Source: Epithemia pelagica (Eukaryota; Protista; Bacillariophyta). Taken from it: a stretch of 64,000 nucleotides of DNA. The position numbers and the translations under genes are program-made. The stretch spans positions 1,364,001 through 1,428,000 of the forward strand of contig OX337242.1 of assembly GCA_946965045.2 (NCBI GenBank), in the 5' to 3' direction. Below are positions 11,499-23,748 of the stretch, piece by piece. Positions within the stretch are counted from its first letter, which is position 1. Every line of letters starts with the position of its first letter. The notes beneath the pieces were generated by a model, which worked only from the letters and a program-made list of their open reading frames with translations, did no database searches and had not been told where the DNA came from.

Positions 11499-12609
11499 GG
11501 GTAGCACGGCTGTGTTGTGAGGAAGATCGAGGAGACGAGGGTGGCGAGTTTTGTTGTTGTTGTTGTTGCTTCTGTTGTTCCTGCTGAAGTTTGAGTTGAG
11601 CTGTTATGGACTTGTAGGCGGCCCGTATTTTATCGCCATAGCCCTTTTCCACTGAGAAAACGACTTGAATAATTTCTCTGCGAATATCATCCATTTCATC
11701 ATCACTCCACCAATACCGAGAATATTTGATATCATCCTTGTGCATGGTCAATTTGACCAATCCCCAAACACGATCGGTAAAGGCATTGGTGGCAAATTTG
11801 ACCCTTTTTTCTTTGGTTCGTTTGGTGGTGTGTCCCCTGCGTTGATGTTTGGACGAATTGCTGTTGCTGGTGGATGTTTTCAAACACGACTTTTGAGTAG
11901 CCTTTTTGGCCGATTCTTCTTGTCGTTGCAAGAGTTCAAACAAGGTCATGGGATGACTGGATTCATGTCCCTCCACTCGAGGGGGCATGTCCGGTTCCTC
12001 TGGTGTTTCGTTGTTGTTACCAGCCGCCAATTGTTGCCGTTGGGCCAGTTTGACACGTCCCATGGAACTTCGTCTCAAATACTTCATCATACCTGAGGAG
12101 TTCGTTCCTTGCGAGTTGTTGTGAGTTTCATTGTCTTGTTCTTCCTCTTCTTCTTCCTCCTCCTCTTCTTGTTGCGTCGAAGCCGTATTGGAGGAGAGCG
12201 GCGAGTTTTCCGAATCTTCCCCTTCTTCAGTTTGTTGCTTTTGCGGCGATTGCTGGGTTTTTTCACCTCCATGACTGCTATTGGTGGGCATGGAGGAGCG
12301 TCGTGGTAGTTTGGAGGAGGAGGAGGACTTTTTTCGGACGGCTGTGGCAGTGGTATTGTTACTGGTAGTACTACTCATACTGGCACGTCGCGATTGTCGA
12401 GGTCGTCCCAACGAAGACACTTTGGGTCTACCGCCGACCGATACAGGGCTTTTGCTCGTACTAGTGTTGCTGTTGATCCGGTCGTTGTTCCTGTTCGAGG
12501 AAAGGAGACCTCCCAGTCTCTTTTTGCGAGGACTGCGAGGACTCTTTTCCACGGAACTCGATGTCGGGTCCATTTCTGTGTGGTTCTTGTTGGCCGAATC
12601 CACCAACAT
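10981..12609 (-). CDS. Hypothetical low-complexity protein with VKF...WWS..E...RGLE domain seen in many diatom proteins
   Basis: Open frame of about 540 codons with S/N/Q/E tracts; conserved-looking block KRVKFA...RYWWSDDEMDDIRRE...ARGLE...HREAVL...SRLIAARMAQFD. Confidence 0.75.
11457..11496. repeat. (GTT)n trinucleotide microsatellite encoding poly-Asn
   Basis: About 13 perfect GTT units, read directly; translates to the N-run of the 10981-12609 protein. Confidence 0.95.
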
Positions 12610-14182
12610 GGTCTCCACACACAGACCCAACCGAGAGAAAGAGAGAGAGAGCGGTGTTGGTTGTTACTGTTTCACCTCCGCAAGGATGATGGATGAATGG
12701 TTGATTCAAAGGATGCAATGCGACAAAAGGAATGCTGCCAAGAGTAGTTCAATTACGCTATTATATTAGGTAGGAGTAGTTGGTATTACACCCCAAGGGA
12801 TTTCTTCCGTCGCTGTCGATGATTCAGGGAAGGAAACGATAAACACAAGGCAGTTGGGCATGGTCTTTCCAGTATTACGAAAATGGCATAAGTAATTCAA
12901 CTCAATGAATCCCCAACTGGAATCTCTCCAAGATAGGGCTATTCCAAAAATGAGGGGCGATCAGTGACCCAGACTTAGGCCCATTTTACGACTAGAATTG
13001 GAACGCGGGGCGGCATACCCATCTCCACTATTCGTGTGGTTTGGTGTCAATCGAACTTGTGCGTTTGGATCGGATGATGAGGGTGGTGAATGAACTCTGG
13101 TTTTAAATAGAGTCTCTCTCTTGTACCATTCGGAATCCTACGCCGAATTGCAATCATTCAATGATGTTGCTGAAACGACCATGGATCGCTTGCCTTGACT
13201 TTAGGACACCAGAGAGGGCTTGACAAGCTCACCCCTCCATCCCAACACAGAACTTAGCACATGTGCTCGTCGTTGCTTGTATTCCCAAGTCGCCTCTGAC
13301 CACTGACTGGTTTCCTCTTTCGACATTGGGCAAGCCATTGGGCCAACACAAATCAGAACCCCACGATGCACAGAATCGTTCAATGCTTACACATAATATT
13401 ACGTTGCCTACAACATTCGGTTTGGAGTTTGGAGGGGTCGCCCGTCGACACGAGTAGTCATTACTTAAACGAGACAATTATTTTTGCTCTATGGATGGGT
13501 ATCTCTCATATTGTCATTCCTCTTGTGGTACGAAATACTGATTGATCGAAAGTCGATACGGAATCCATTCAACCAGTTCGTGGATGCAACACGAGCGTCT
13601 TTTTGTACTTTGCCGGTAGCGTGTTTTCTATTCCAAATCCCGCATCCGTTGCGTTCCGAGACTCCAGAGTCCCTACCTAACGTGCTGAGGTGTACCAATT
13701 TCGTACAAGACAAAGACTGGTTGGGGAACGGGGAGTCAATTGTGTAAATTAACATTCACGATTTCGAACTCTCCAGCTCTGGGAGGGCAATATCCGATCT
13801 GTGGACAGGAAAGGGTGAATTAAGTAGGGAATATGATAAGGGCTATGTTTCTTGTTGGTCGCCTTGTTTGTATCGGTCCTCGTACACTACCTAAGACATC
13901 ATAGTGGGAAAGGGAGAAGAACAAAACGAATATATCGAATTCCCTCTTTATTAGAGGTATTATTTCCGCCACGGACACCATCCATGACAAACATGCAACA
14001 TTTTTAGTTGAGATTGTTTTGCCGCTTTAAGCCTCACAAGTCGGCTTTGTCCGCGTCAAGTGAGGACGACCATTGGCACGAAGAAAAACAGTTCTTGTGG
14101 TCGTCGTTGTTGCGTTGTCGTTGTCGACTCCTCATTTTTCTCAAGCTTGTTTCTCGGAAACAACAAACATTGTATTTTCACC

Positions 14183-15856
14183 ATGATTAAGATTATGAGC
14201 TTTGCCCACCGGCAAGATATCCGGCACAAAATACACGGCAACGCCATGAAGCATAAGTACCTGGACGAAAGTACGAATGGCGAAGAATCCGAACGAGAGA
14301 GTGAGTGTGGCGAATTGAGTGAAGCACCACAACGAGGCAACTGGGATACGGCACTCAAGCTCAAGTATCTGGACGACCGTTTGTTGGGCGGCAATGAGGA
14401 TGAGCATGATGGACTATCGGAATCGGAAACCGAGGATTGTTCCTTGTTCTCTACAGAAGATGTCCTCATTGAGACCAAAGCCCCACCTGCACAGCCATTG
14501 CATGCACAACCATGCAGTCCCTTCTCCACTAGCAACAACCATAAGAGACGAAACAACAATGAGTCCACAGCCAAGGCTTCCATTGTCATGACCTCCTCGC
14601 CACGACAATCTTTCGTACGAGCACGATCGTTTCGAGTCAGCAATGGCTCGGCACGATCCCTTACTCGAGCATCCAGCTCCACCTCCATTTTGGGTCCCCT
14701 AATAGATAACAGCAACAATGGAGAGGACGTGGAAGAAGAATCCATCTTGCCCGGACTCACGTACACCAAATCCGATACCGTAGCAGGTGCTTCCAGTGCC
14801 GCCACTACCCCACCAGAAGAACCCTGCAGCACCAACACCAACACCACAGTCGAGACAACCAGCAGTCCCAAGACGTCCTTTCGCGGTCTCAAATTATCAC
14901 GTGGTGGCAACAACAAAAGTCCTCGAGCAAGCTCCCGGAAACCAAAACGAGGGTTGGGTCGAGCGGCAAGTGAAACTGTGCTGGGATCAGCCAACCGTCG
15001 CCAACTACTACCACGTCCACAACAGTCTTGTTTGGAACCTGCCTCGGCTCCGTCCACACCAGAATCCACCACCAAGGGCAAAGCCAAGGTTTCATTGGTG
15101 GAGAGTGGTACTGCCGCGGCGTTGGCCATACCGGACACTACCAAAACACCTCGTTCCACTCCCAACTCTCCCGTCGAATCATCATCAAGCAACAAAACCA
15201 AAAAGAAAAAAGTCAAATCGTCCTCCTTCGGTCCAGCATCTCCGGTCCTCGAAGAATCCGAAGACAAACCGGCCAAGTCCTCAGTTTTCTCTACCAAGTC
15301 CTCTAAGAAGAGCTCATTGTCCAAATCCTCCATGAGTTCCAGCAAAACAGCCAAGGGCAGCAGCAGCAACGAATCTCTTTCTTCTCATTCGGCACATGCC
15401 ACCACCAACATTCGAAAGAAAAAGACCCGCTCCATAGATCCCTTGTCCGTCTCGGACCATTCCGTCCTGAGCAAACATACAGGCGGCGACAGCGACCTTG
15501 TGAGTCCCTATTTGTCTGCCGATTTTGTATTGGTTCGCAGCAAATCTCGAAGCAAACAACGAAGCGCCAGTGTCAGTCCTACTAAAAAGAAGAAACCGGC
15601 TGTTCGCAGTGGCAGTATTGGATCCCACAATTTGGACGAAACGCGGGAAGGTTCCTTTCGCTCTCGAGCCGTGGACGAATACCACAAAATTTTGAAAGAA
15701 ACCAACGATTCGGCTCATTACGAACAATCCCTCAAGGACAGTTTTGAATATTCCATGAGTCCCAATGCCAAAAAGGTTCAAAAGGACAAAAGATTAAGGA
15801 ACGAATGGATAAACTGGCAAGAGATCCATCCTTCTCCATGGCCAATCATTTTTTGA
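14183..15856 (+). CDS. Hypothetical Ser/Thr/Lys-rich disordered protein
   Basis: Long open frame; ATG at 14183 (alternative 14195); low-complexity composition; the antisense ORF 14056-15369 is its shadow. Confidence 0.7.
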   Translation: MIKIMSFAHRQDIRHKIHGNAMKHKYLDESTNGEESERESECGELSEAPQRGNWDTALKLKYLDDRLLGGNEDEHDGLSESETEDCSLFSTEDVLIETKAPPAQPLHAQPCSPFSTSNNHKRRNNNESTAKASIVMTSSPRQSFVRARSFRVSNGSARSLTRASSSTSILGPLIDNSNNGEDVEEESILPGLTYTKSDTVAGASSAATTPPEEPCSTNTNTTVETTSSPKTSFRGLKLSRGGNNKSPRASSRKPKRGLGRAASETVLGSANRRQLLPRPQQSCLEPASAPSTPESTTKGKAKVSLVESGTAAALAIPDTTKTPRSTPNSPVESSSSNKTKKKKVKSSSFGPASPVLEESEDKPAKSSVFSTKSSKKSSLSKSSMSSSKTAKGSSSNESLSSHSAHATTNIRKKKTRSIDPLSVSDHSVLSKHTGGDSDLVSPYLSADFVLVRSKSRSKQRSASVSPTKKKKPAVRSGSIGSHNLDETREGSFRSRAVDEYHKILKETNDSAHYEQSLKDSFEYSMSPNAKKVQKDKRLRNEWINWQEIHPSPWPIIF

Positions 15857-16148
15857 GTGCCTCCGTTTCCGCCAGTGATAGCTATATTGAAATCCTCGAG
15901 GCCACGGACGATTCCGCGCGTGTTCCGGCCGCCATGCGGAGTGTTATTCAGGAGGAGGTGCAGTCCATTGAAGAAGAAGAAGAATCATAAATCAGCCACA
16001 AAGATAGAGGTAAAGATTGACGACAATCAAAATAGAATACTATTTTCAACCTTTCTTAGAGGTATTACATCTTTGTTTCTAGCAGATAACAGGACGGCAT
16101 TGTATTCGCCATCCCAATTCCCCAATCGTCCAAGCCTCTCTAGAGCTC

Positions 16149-18542
16149 TCAGGTTTCTTCGGCAATCTCCCCTTCATCTTCACTCGAATCGTCATCCGTT
16201 CCCCGCTGTGGTTGATTCTGCAGACTCTTTCTTGAATTGTTTTGCAGTTCATTAAAATACAACTGTGCACTTGAGACGGGAGACTGGAGCGCAATGATTC
16301 GTTGCGCTCGTTGATATGTATCGTTTGTATTTGAAGCTTCGTCCAAAAGAGCCGTACAAAAGGCCTCGTACGATTCATTTTCTCCCTGAACAATGCTTCT
16401 TCCCACTTTTTCGTGGGCTCTTCGAACAATTTCACTGAGAAAGAGACGATCTCCCCGGTATGCCTCATTCCATTCATTCACAAAACCTTCAAAAACCTCT
16501 CTTGGTAAATCACGATCATGTCGATGGAGCTGGACATATGCCGTCTCTTGGCCCAGTACAGAACCCACCACACTCCCAAAACTGGAACTCGGAACAATCT
16601 TACCCTCTTTGGCCAAACGTACTAATGTCTCCATGTAGTATTCTCGTTGGTCCATTTCTGCTTGTAACCGGTCTTGTTGCGATCGGCGACGATCATCTTC
16701 TTCCGCCTGATACATGTCCTCGAGAAACCGTCCAAACAAAAAGTCCTTTTCGTGATCTTCCAATAGACAAGGAGAAGCCCCAGCGTTTGCACTGGGAGCA
16801 GTTGGAGGTGATGTAGTATCAGACAATGCTGGTGATGACGACGATGATGATGCCAACAGGAAACGTGAGTATTCGTGTCTCACGGAATCGCCCAACGATG
16901 TAACAAAGGAATCCCACGAATGATTATAATTGGCCGTCAAAATGCCTCGATCCGCCAATTCTTGGAGCATTTGCAAAAATCGATTCTCTTCCTCCCGTTT
17001 CTCGGTTTGCTTTCGTCGCACTTGTCGTTTCTGATACTCTTCCCAAAACTCGACAAAGAGCGCTTCCCGCATGTCATCCTCCTCAATGGCATGAAAGCGG
17101 TCATCCTTTTGCAAGACTCCCACGATAGTTTGATAGGACACGGAGTTTTGCAACAAAGAACTGTCATGATTCTTCTGCTGACTACTCACCGTGGGTAATA
17201 CTTCAGCCAAGAGTTGCAAATAGGCTTCTTTGGACCGTTGTCGTCCTTGTCGTTCTTTGGTTCGCAAATCGTTGGCAAGTTTGGTCTGATATTCGGCCAA
17301 GGCCTGTTTCCGTTCCCCCGTTGTAAGACTCTTTTGACACCCCTCCCAAAGAGTGGCCGATTTTCCACTCCCAAAGAGATTTACCACCTCGCCCCACTTT
17401 TGAGCGGGTGTGACATCGTTCTCGGCCATGAGTTTGGTAAAGGCTTCGAGTGCCTCTTGTTTGGTCTTGAATTCCGGCACTTGCTCCGAATGTTTGGTTT
17501 TCTTTTTGGGGGGTTCTTGCTCGTCCTGTTCGGCTTGTTGTTGTTCCTGCTTCTCCATTTCCTCAGGTTTGGTCCACTGGGATGTGACACCATTAGAGTA
17601 ATAGGTTTTCCCACTAGCATTGTCGGTATATTCGGCCCATGGACGTTCCACCACAGGTTTGGTGGAGGGAGGAGAAGAATGTACTGGTCTTGAGGGAAAG
17701 GCCATTGTGTTTCGGACGGGTGCCGCATGTGGGAAGAGAGGCTGTTGCTGCCCCACGAGTGGATTGGGCAATGGCTGTGGAGGTGTGGGAACAGCAGCAG
17801 GATTGTTAGGGTTGGCCGCTAGAATAGGAGGTGGTGGCAGTCCACCTCCACCGGGAGGAGGAGGAAAGGCCAAGCGAGGAGGAGGAACACCAGGAAAGGG
17901 AGGCCTGGAAAACCCTCGGCCTGCATCGCGTCCTCCTCCACCCCGGCGAATCATTGGATGATTCATGGTGGGTGGTGGAGGTAAGGCCGTGGGAGGTGGT
18001 GGTGCCCCCATTCGCCCGGCCGCCGGTCCGTTGGGAAAGCGAGGCGGAGGATGATGAAGCGGTGGCATTCCTCGAAAATTATTGGTCCTTCCTGAACCTC
18101 TGGGATCTCCTGGAGGAAAGGGTGGTCGTGGTGGTCCATGAAAGAATGGAGCACGTCCTCGACCAGGTCCTCCTGGACCTCCTCGACCAGGTCCTCCCAG
18201 ATATGGTCCTCTACCGCCGCCGATTTCGGGAGGTCGTCCCAAGGGAGGAAGTCGCCCTCCAGGACCAGCACGTCCTCCAGTGAAACGGGGCGGTTGTACC
18301 ATTCCTCCTCCTCCTCGAAACCCTGTAGCAGGACCTTGTCCCGGTGGCAGCATGGGTGGTGGTGCACCTCCTGGAGGAGGAATCATCGGGGGTGGTGGTA
18401 GAATGCCGCCAACCGGGGGAGTTGGTGGCACTTGGGTTCCAGGAGACCCTCTACCTCGACCTCCTCTCCATCCTCCTGGTGTTTGTCCCACGACGGGTGG
18501 AGGAGGAAGTCGTGGGTCGTTGGGTGGTGGTGGTCGGCTCAT
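16149..18542 (-). CDS. PRP40: PRP40-like splicing factor (Pro/Gly-rich N-terminus, WW domain, FF repeats)
   Basis: WW: RPWAEYTDNASGKTYYSNGVTSQWTKP. FF-like: ALEAFTKLMAENDVTPAQKWGEVV...ERKQALAEY and LQKDDRFHAIEEDDMREALFVEF. C-terminal SSEDEGEI. First ATG at 18542; 18560 is GTG. Confidence 0.85.
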   Translation of the reverse strand: MSRPPPPNDPRLPPPPVVGQTPGGWRGGRGRGSPGTQVPPTPPVGGILPPPPMIPPPGGAPPPMLPPGQGPATGFRGGGGMVQPPRFTGGRAGPGGRLPPLGRPPEIGGGRGPYLGGPGRGGPGGPGRGRAPFFHGPPRPPFPPGDPRGSGRTNNFRGMPPLHHPPPRFPNGPAAGRMGAPPPPTALPPPPTMNHPMIRRGGGGRDAGRGFSRPPFPGVPPPRLAFPPPPGGGGLPPPPILAANPNNPAAVPTPPQPLPNPLVGQQQPLFPHAAPVRNTMAFPSRPVHSSPPSTKPVVERPWAEYTDNASGKTYYSNGVTSQWTKPEEMEKQEQQQAEQDEQEPPKKKTKHSEQVPEFKTKQEALEAFTKLMAENDVTPAQKWGEVVNLFGSGKSATLWEGCQKSLTTGERKQALAEYQTKLANDLRTKERQGRQRSKEAYLQLLAEVLPTVSSQQKNHDSSLLQNSVSYQTIVGVLQKDDRFHAIEEDDMREALFVEFWEEYQKRQVRRKQTEKREEENRFLQMLQELADRGILTANYNHSWDSFVTSLGDSVRHEYSRFLLASSSSSSPALSDTTSPPTAPSANAGASPCLLEDHEKDFLFGRFLEDMYQAEEDDRRRSQQDRLQAEMDQREYYMETLVRLAKEGKIVPSSSFGSVVGSVLGQETAYVQLHRHDRDLPREVFEGFVNEWNEAYRGDRLFLSEIVRRAHEKVGRSIVQGENESYEAFCTALLDEASNTNDTYQRAQRIIALQSPVSSAQLYFNELQNNSRKSLQNQPQRGTDDDSSEDEGEIAEET

Positions 18543-19195
18543 TTTTTTTGTTTGCAGCACCTAGTCAGACGTTGCCCTCGTATGAAATACAACTCAACTT
18601 GACTTTTTAACGGACGAAATACGTAGAATCTTTCTAGTGGTACCAATCCTCAAATTCGTGTGTCACAGACATCCTCCTTCTTGACGAAACGATGCAAATC
18701 CCATGGTCAGAAAAGAAAAAACGCCGAAAACCAATTTTGTTGCTGTGTGATTGATGATGGCTCCAGGAATCCGCCCTCTTAAAAATTCTGGGGTGGGGAT
18801 TTAGATCAAGTGCAACCGCACGACGACAGACAGAAAACGTTTAGTTGTACAATTTACGTACTATTCAAAGATGTCATCCATTTTGATATCACACTTTATG
18901 TAGTTATATATAATATTGTGTACAAACGGTCCAGAGCCACTCCCAAAACAAATAAAACAGGAACAAAACGCGGGAGTCGACACGACCGAGCGAGACTCGC
19001 GAGAAAGACAAACCGCAACAAAACTCTGCGAACACAACACGTCTTGGGTCATCATTGATAGACCCTTTTGGTTGTGTGCTGCTTCGACAAACCATTCCGC
19101 CTTTGCCAGGAACAGACGTTAAATTTGAGAACGCGGTGAAACGAACCTTGTTGCATTGAGTAACGGACCCCAAACCCCAACACAGCAAACTAACC

Positions 19196-20220
19196 ATGTC
19201 GGCCTTGGCCAAAACACAGCAAAAGAAAGCCAAGGAATACGAAGCTACAGCCGATAAATTGCTCGCGAAAAAGAGTTGGTTTGGAGGGAAAGAAAAGAAT
19301 CAAGAAGATGCCGCAGAAGCCTTGATGCAAGCCGCCAATGCCTACAAGGTGGGTGGTCTCACACACGAAGCAGGAACCACATACAATCGTGTGGGAGACC
19401 TGTATCGTGGAATTGGTCAAAACGCAGAAGCCGCCAAGGCCTACAGCCAAGCAGGTAGGTAACTGTGTCGTGAAAGCTCCTTTTCCATGCATTCGCTGTG
19501 AGTCTTGGTCATGAATCTCTCTCACACAATAATGTTATTTCATCAGGCACGTGTTTTAAGAAACTCAATCCAATGGATGCAGTTCAGTCTTACCAGTCCG
19601 CCATTTCCATCATGATGGACGATGGCCGGTTGCTACAGGCTGCCAAAATGTCTCGAGAATGCGCGGAGCTGTTTGAAAATGACGAAACCGGTGAATACGT
19701 GGACAAGGCCATTGAATATTACAATCAGGCTGCCAGCTTTTTTGATATGGAAGATAGCAAATCCTACGCGTCGTCCTGCCGCGCCAAGGTGGCAGAATTG
19801 TCAAGTGCCGCCAAAGATCCTCCCGACCTCTTGACCGCCGGACAAATCTACAATGACCTCGGTCTCAATTGTCTCGATTCCAACTTGCTAAAATTCAACG
19901 CCAAGGGATACTTTTTACAGGCCATTTTGTGCCAATTGGCCAATGGTGACAACGTAGGCGCCCAAAACTCGATTCAACGATACGAGGCTGCCGATTATAC
20001 CTTTGGCGATTCGCGGGAGGGCAAGTTTTGTCAACAACTCGTGACGGCCGTGGAAGAATACGATGGGGAAGGATTGGCCCAGGCCAGTTTTGAATTTGAT
20101 CGAATTAGTAAATTGGATCCCTGGAAAACCAGTATGCTGGTCAAAATTAAACGAGGCATTCAAGATGTTGGTGGTGGCGGCGGTGGGGGAGGAGACGACG
20201 ATGACTTTGATCTCACATAA
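19196..20220 (+). CDS. SEC17: Alpha-soluble NSF attachment protein (alpha-SNAP/Sec17); exons 19196-19454 and 19547-20220
   Basis: Motifs EDAAEALMQAANAYKV, GRLLQAAK, LLKFNAKGYF, FGDSRE and FDRISKLDPWKTSMLVKIK...DDDFDLT; 92-nt GT..AG intron keeps the frame. Confidence 0.95.
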
Positions 20221-20789
20221 TATAGAAACGCGCAACAGGATGATCATGTGATGTACCGTATAGATGCCTACCTATTCCTTTCTGAGTTTTGACACGTTCA
20301 ACTCATTCTCTGCCAACATTCGCAGTTGGAGGGTACGTGGCGCACGATTTGTTCGAGATATTTGTCTGTTGCAGTTTGCAGTGTCTCTTGATAGGAGGAA
20401 GCATACGAAGAAAGAAACATAATTTGTGCCGTCACAATCCTGTCGTATCCTCTCAAACTAGGAAGGCACTGAGGCAATGGGCTGCGGTACGATCTCATTG
20501 CATTACCAAGAACCACAGTCGAGGTCTGCTTCTATTTGGACAAATGTCGAAACTACTCGTAGATACTCCTAGGAGTAGGAGAGCAAAGTAGGTTGCATAT
20601 TGTAGACATAGAGCTATCAATCGATAGAAATTTCCAGAGGTCACCAATCCGATGTCTACAATCCATTCATATATCGTAAATTTTTATTCGCCTGGTTGTA
20701 GGCTTTGAATTTTCGCAATGACCATGACATGATTTCGAAAAATAAAATCTTTCTTTGCGTTCTGGACTAGATCATATTCGATTGCAACC

Positions 20790-21526
20790 ATGAGTGAAAT
20801 TGACGTCAAGGGTATGAAAGGTATGTGAGAGGTTTGATGGACCATAAGGCCAAGTAATCGACACCACCAACAACGAGATCTCATCGTAAAACCACTGTGG
20901 TGCCAACAGTGACGGAGTTGAGGGCTGAATTGTCCAAACGTGGACTTTCCACGGAAGGATACAAGGCCGATCTCGTCAATCGACTGCAAGCTCGCTTGGA
21001 TGAGGAAGAGTTTGGATTAGATACGGGTGCAGGTGGTGGAGCAGCGGCTCCTTCGGCCGAGACGCCTACATCGGCAGCGACGCCCAAAGCCAAGGCAAAT
21101 GACGAAGTGGAAACAAAAGAAGAAGAAGAGGAAGCACCAGAGGCAAAAGAAAACGAGACAGAAGAGGCTGCTGCACCAGAGCCAGAGACTACAGTGGCGG
21201 AAAACACAGTACCTGTGGTACCAATTGCACCCGAACTCAGCTTTGAAGAAAAGAAACGACTTCGGGCAAAAAGATTTAATATTCCTATGGTATCATCCAG
21301 TACCTCAGAGAAGCGTCAAAAGGTAGAAAAAGAGGTTAAGTCAGGAGGTCCTTCAAAGAAATCTACAAAACCTGAGAAAAAAGCGACAGCTTCCACGACA
21401 ACTCTATTACCCAAAGAAGAGATTGAACGCCGTCTTGCTCGGGCCGAAAAGTATAACATGAAGGATACCGAAACTATACAGGAGCTCAAGGCTATGCTTC
21501 GAAAGCACAGATTTGGAGGTGTCTAA
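20790..21526 (+). CDS. SARNP: SAP-domain ribonucleoprotein (Tho1/MOS11/SARNP-like); exons 20790-20820 and 20910-21526
   Basis: Spliced start [38 protein letters not shown] is a SAP domain. EEKKRLRAKRF and RLARAEKY resemble the Tho1/MOS11 C-terminal motif. Intron gtatgt(20821)..aacag(20909). Confidence 0.8.
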
Positions 21527-21662
21527 CTGCATAGCTCACATCGGGAAGTGACGCTTGTAAAATCCTATTGATGTAACAAAGATTGGTCATTGTATCTCCA
21601 AGTTTTCGATTATGGTGATCACTTGTGGAACCAGGTGCAATCTACAGCTGAGAACATCCGTA

Positions 21663-22396
21663 TTGTTTGGTCATGATAGACTCTCTACGTGGCTCTTGAG
21701 TTATGTTTCAAGCGGCGTTTGAGGGTTTGAGACTGGAACAGGTTCACTCAAAGGCCTGGATTTGCCCGAAAGGTCTTGCATGCATTGGATCTTTTTGTGT
21801 CATTAGCAATTGGTCCAAGTTGCAGTCAAAATGATAGACATTGCAACTGTGCGAGTCCGGTTTCACCAGATGCTATTATATATCTGAATCTGATTGAAAT
21901 CGACGCCATGTTTCCGTCGTAGTTTTACCCATGTTCACAGCTCACATGTTCACGTTCTCAGCGTCCTTCTGTTACATGTAGTCGTTTGCTCCAATATGTA
22001 ATGCTCGATTGCGTCCACAAGTTGGAACTTCACAATTCATAGCTGGAAACCAACTGTTGGGATCCACTATGGGGTTAGGGCCACAAATAGCGAATCTATG
22101 CTCGCAAGTGGGGCAGCTGATGCACGGACTTCCTTTCAGGGAAGCCGCCTTCTCTCATTTGCATCTCATGCGAATGAATGCCAAGGACACAGTCAATAAC
22201 AACAATAACAGCAGGGCACCTGGAACACTGGACGAAAAGTCGATGGGTTCTTGTGCTTTCATGACGTTGCAGCAGGGACATATCCGTTTCGTATCTCCTC
22301 GAACACACACAATGTACAAGATGGATCTTTTATATAAATTCAAGAATGGGCGTCCCCATTATTCGACTGGAACGAAGAGGTTAGTCAGTTCGACAC
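21663..22396 (-). pseudogene. Left arm of inverted duplication: frameshifted copy of the F-box-like/CxxC gene
   Basis: Reverse complement aligns over about 700 nt with 26931-27634. Start ATG changed to CTG; indels break the frame (CSRRYETDMSLLQRHESTRTHRLFVQCSRCPAV is still readable). Confidence 0.8.
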
Positions 22397-22437
22397 TAGC
22401 AGAACTTCCAACTACCTACTAGGTATTCGACTATTCT

Positions 22438-23451
22438 CTATCGATGTCGTTCCCGGAGGGGAATGGGGGCCAAAAATCTCCATCCCGGTCGCAATCGAAG
22501 TGGATTGGTCTCATCCAGAGTGCCACTGGGTCGAACAAAATCTTCGGGTTTGACCTGAAATCGTTCGTGTTGTTCATTCAAATTTTGCGCGGCGGCTCCC
22601 TGTTGCAAGGCCATGAGCACAAACCAGGCGGACGGGGAGACGGGGCCTTGCCAGTAAATGCCCCGTGTCCATCCCAACCCGTACGCCATGCCACCCCCAA
22701 TCGCCAAGGTACTGTACATCCAGGAAAAGTTGTACTTGGGACTCAATTCCAGATACTTGTCGCGGAATTTGATCAATTCACGATTCAGATAGTGCCGCGT
22801 TCGACGGACGGCCAATTCCCGCGAGGAGAGTGGTTTGTCGTTATCGTCGTCGTCGTCGTCATCATCATCATCGAAATTGGTACTGTCAAACTCGCGTCGT
22901 TCCCCCGGTAAATTGAGTTGCAACAAGAGGACGGATCGCGATTGCGATCGTTCCAATCGAGTCTTGAGCGATCGCGCGACCAAGCCTTGCGGTGTGGCTT
23001 CCATCAAAAGTAAATTGGAGGTATCGAATTCATCGGGTTTGGCCTTGACAAAGCCGGGCACAATGATTCCGACATGATCAAAATTGCCTTGAGCGACAGA
23101 CCGAGGACTGGTCGTAGTATCGGAATCGCCCTGGCACAAAAAGGTCTTGGCCACGATACACGCCAAGGCGGCCCACGGTCCCGACGCACACGTCTCCCAT
23201 CGTCGATCAAACAAGAGAATGTCCCCGGGACGACATTTTTCAATCAAAATATCATCCGTGGTTTGGACACCGGGAATGCGAATCCGTGTCGCCACCTCGT
23301 GCGCCACGGCTTGTCGTTGTCGATGCGCCATGTACCACCAGAGGGCCACCGGGACACTGACAATGCCCACTGCTCCCGCCGAGTGGCGCAAAAACTGACG
23401 GGCATGATCCGATAACCAGGGTTTCTTGGTGGTGGGGGGAATGCTAGTCAT
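22438..23451 (-). CDS. Membrane-anchored hypothetical protein, permuted papain-like amidase (YiiX/YaeF-like) fold
   Basis: N-terminal TM segment (AVGIVSVPVALWWYM); RPGDILLF, FDHVGIIV, LMEATPQG and VKPEDF match the permuted NlpC/P60 layout; the expected C-S-E catalytic motif reads P-S-A. Confidence 0.55.
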   Translation of the reverse strand: MTSIPPTTKKPWLSDHARQFLRHSAGAVGIVSVPVALWWYMAHRQRQAVAHEVATRIRIPGVQTTDDILIEKCRPGDILLFDRRWETCASGPWAALACIVAKTFLCQGDSDTTTSPRSVAQGNFDHVGIIVPGFVKAKPDEFDTSNLLLMEATPQGLVARSLKTRLERSQSRSVLLLQLNLPGERREFDSTNFDDDDDDDDDDNDKPLSSRELAVRRTRHYLNRELIKFRDKYLELSPKYNFSWMYSTLAIGGGMAYGLGWTRGIYWQGPVSPSAWFVLMALQQGAAAQNLNEQHERFQVKPEDFVRPSGTLDETNPLRLRPGWRFLAPIPLRERHR

Positions 23452-23748
23452 GGTGGTTCTTGATTGATGTTGCGAATGACAAGTTTGGAACAGTACTTTC
23501 GAGAAGCGAAATCAGACCTTGTTGTTGTTGTTGTAGTTGTAGTTGCCAATGATGCTTTTATGCCGTTCACACTCTCGGAAAATACCATGGTCGGCCAAAG
23601 AAAACAATGATGGGACGAATGAGGTGGTCCAAAGATGATTGGATCTTTATATTTAAAATTTAAAAATATTTTAAAATTTAAACTGTTGGATCCAAGATCC
23701 ACATCCATTCTGTTTTTTCTCATTGATTGGATTGGGACGACGACCATC

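Noticed and set aside
13200-13755. Short overlapping minus-strand ORFs that might be a decayed gene
   Set aside because: No recognisable motif or homology within the window.
14056-15369. 437-aa minus-strand ORF
   Set aside because: Antisense shadow of the Ser-rich gene at 14183-15856; Leu/Val-rich mirror composition.
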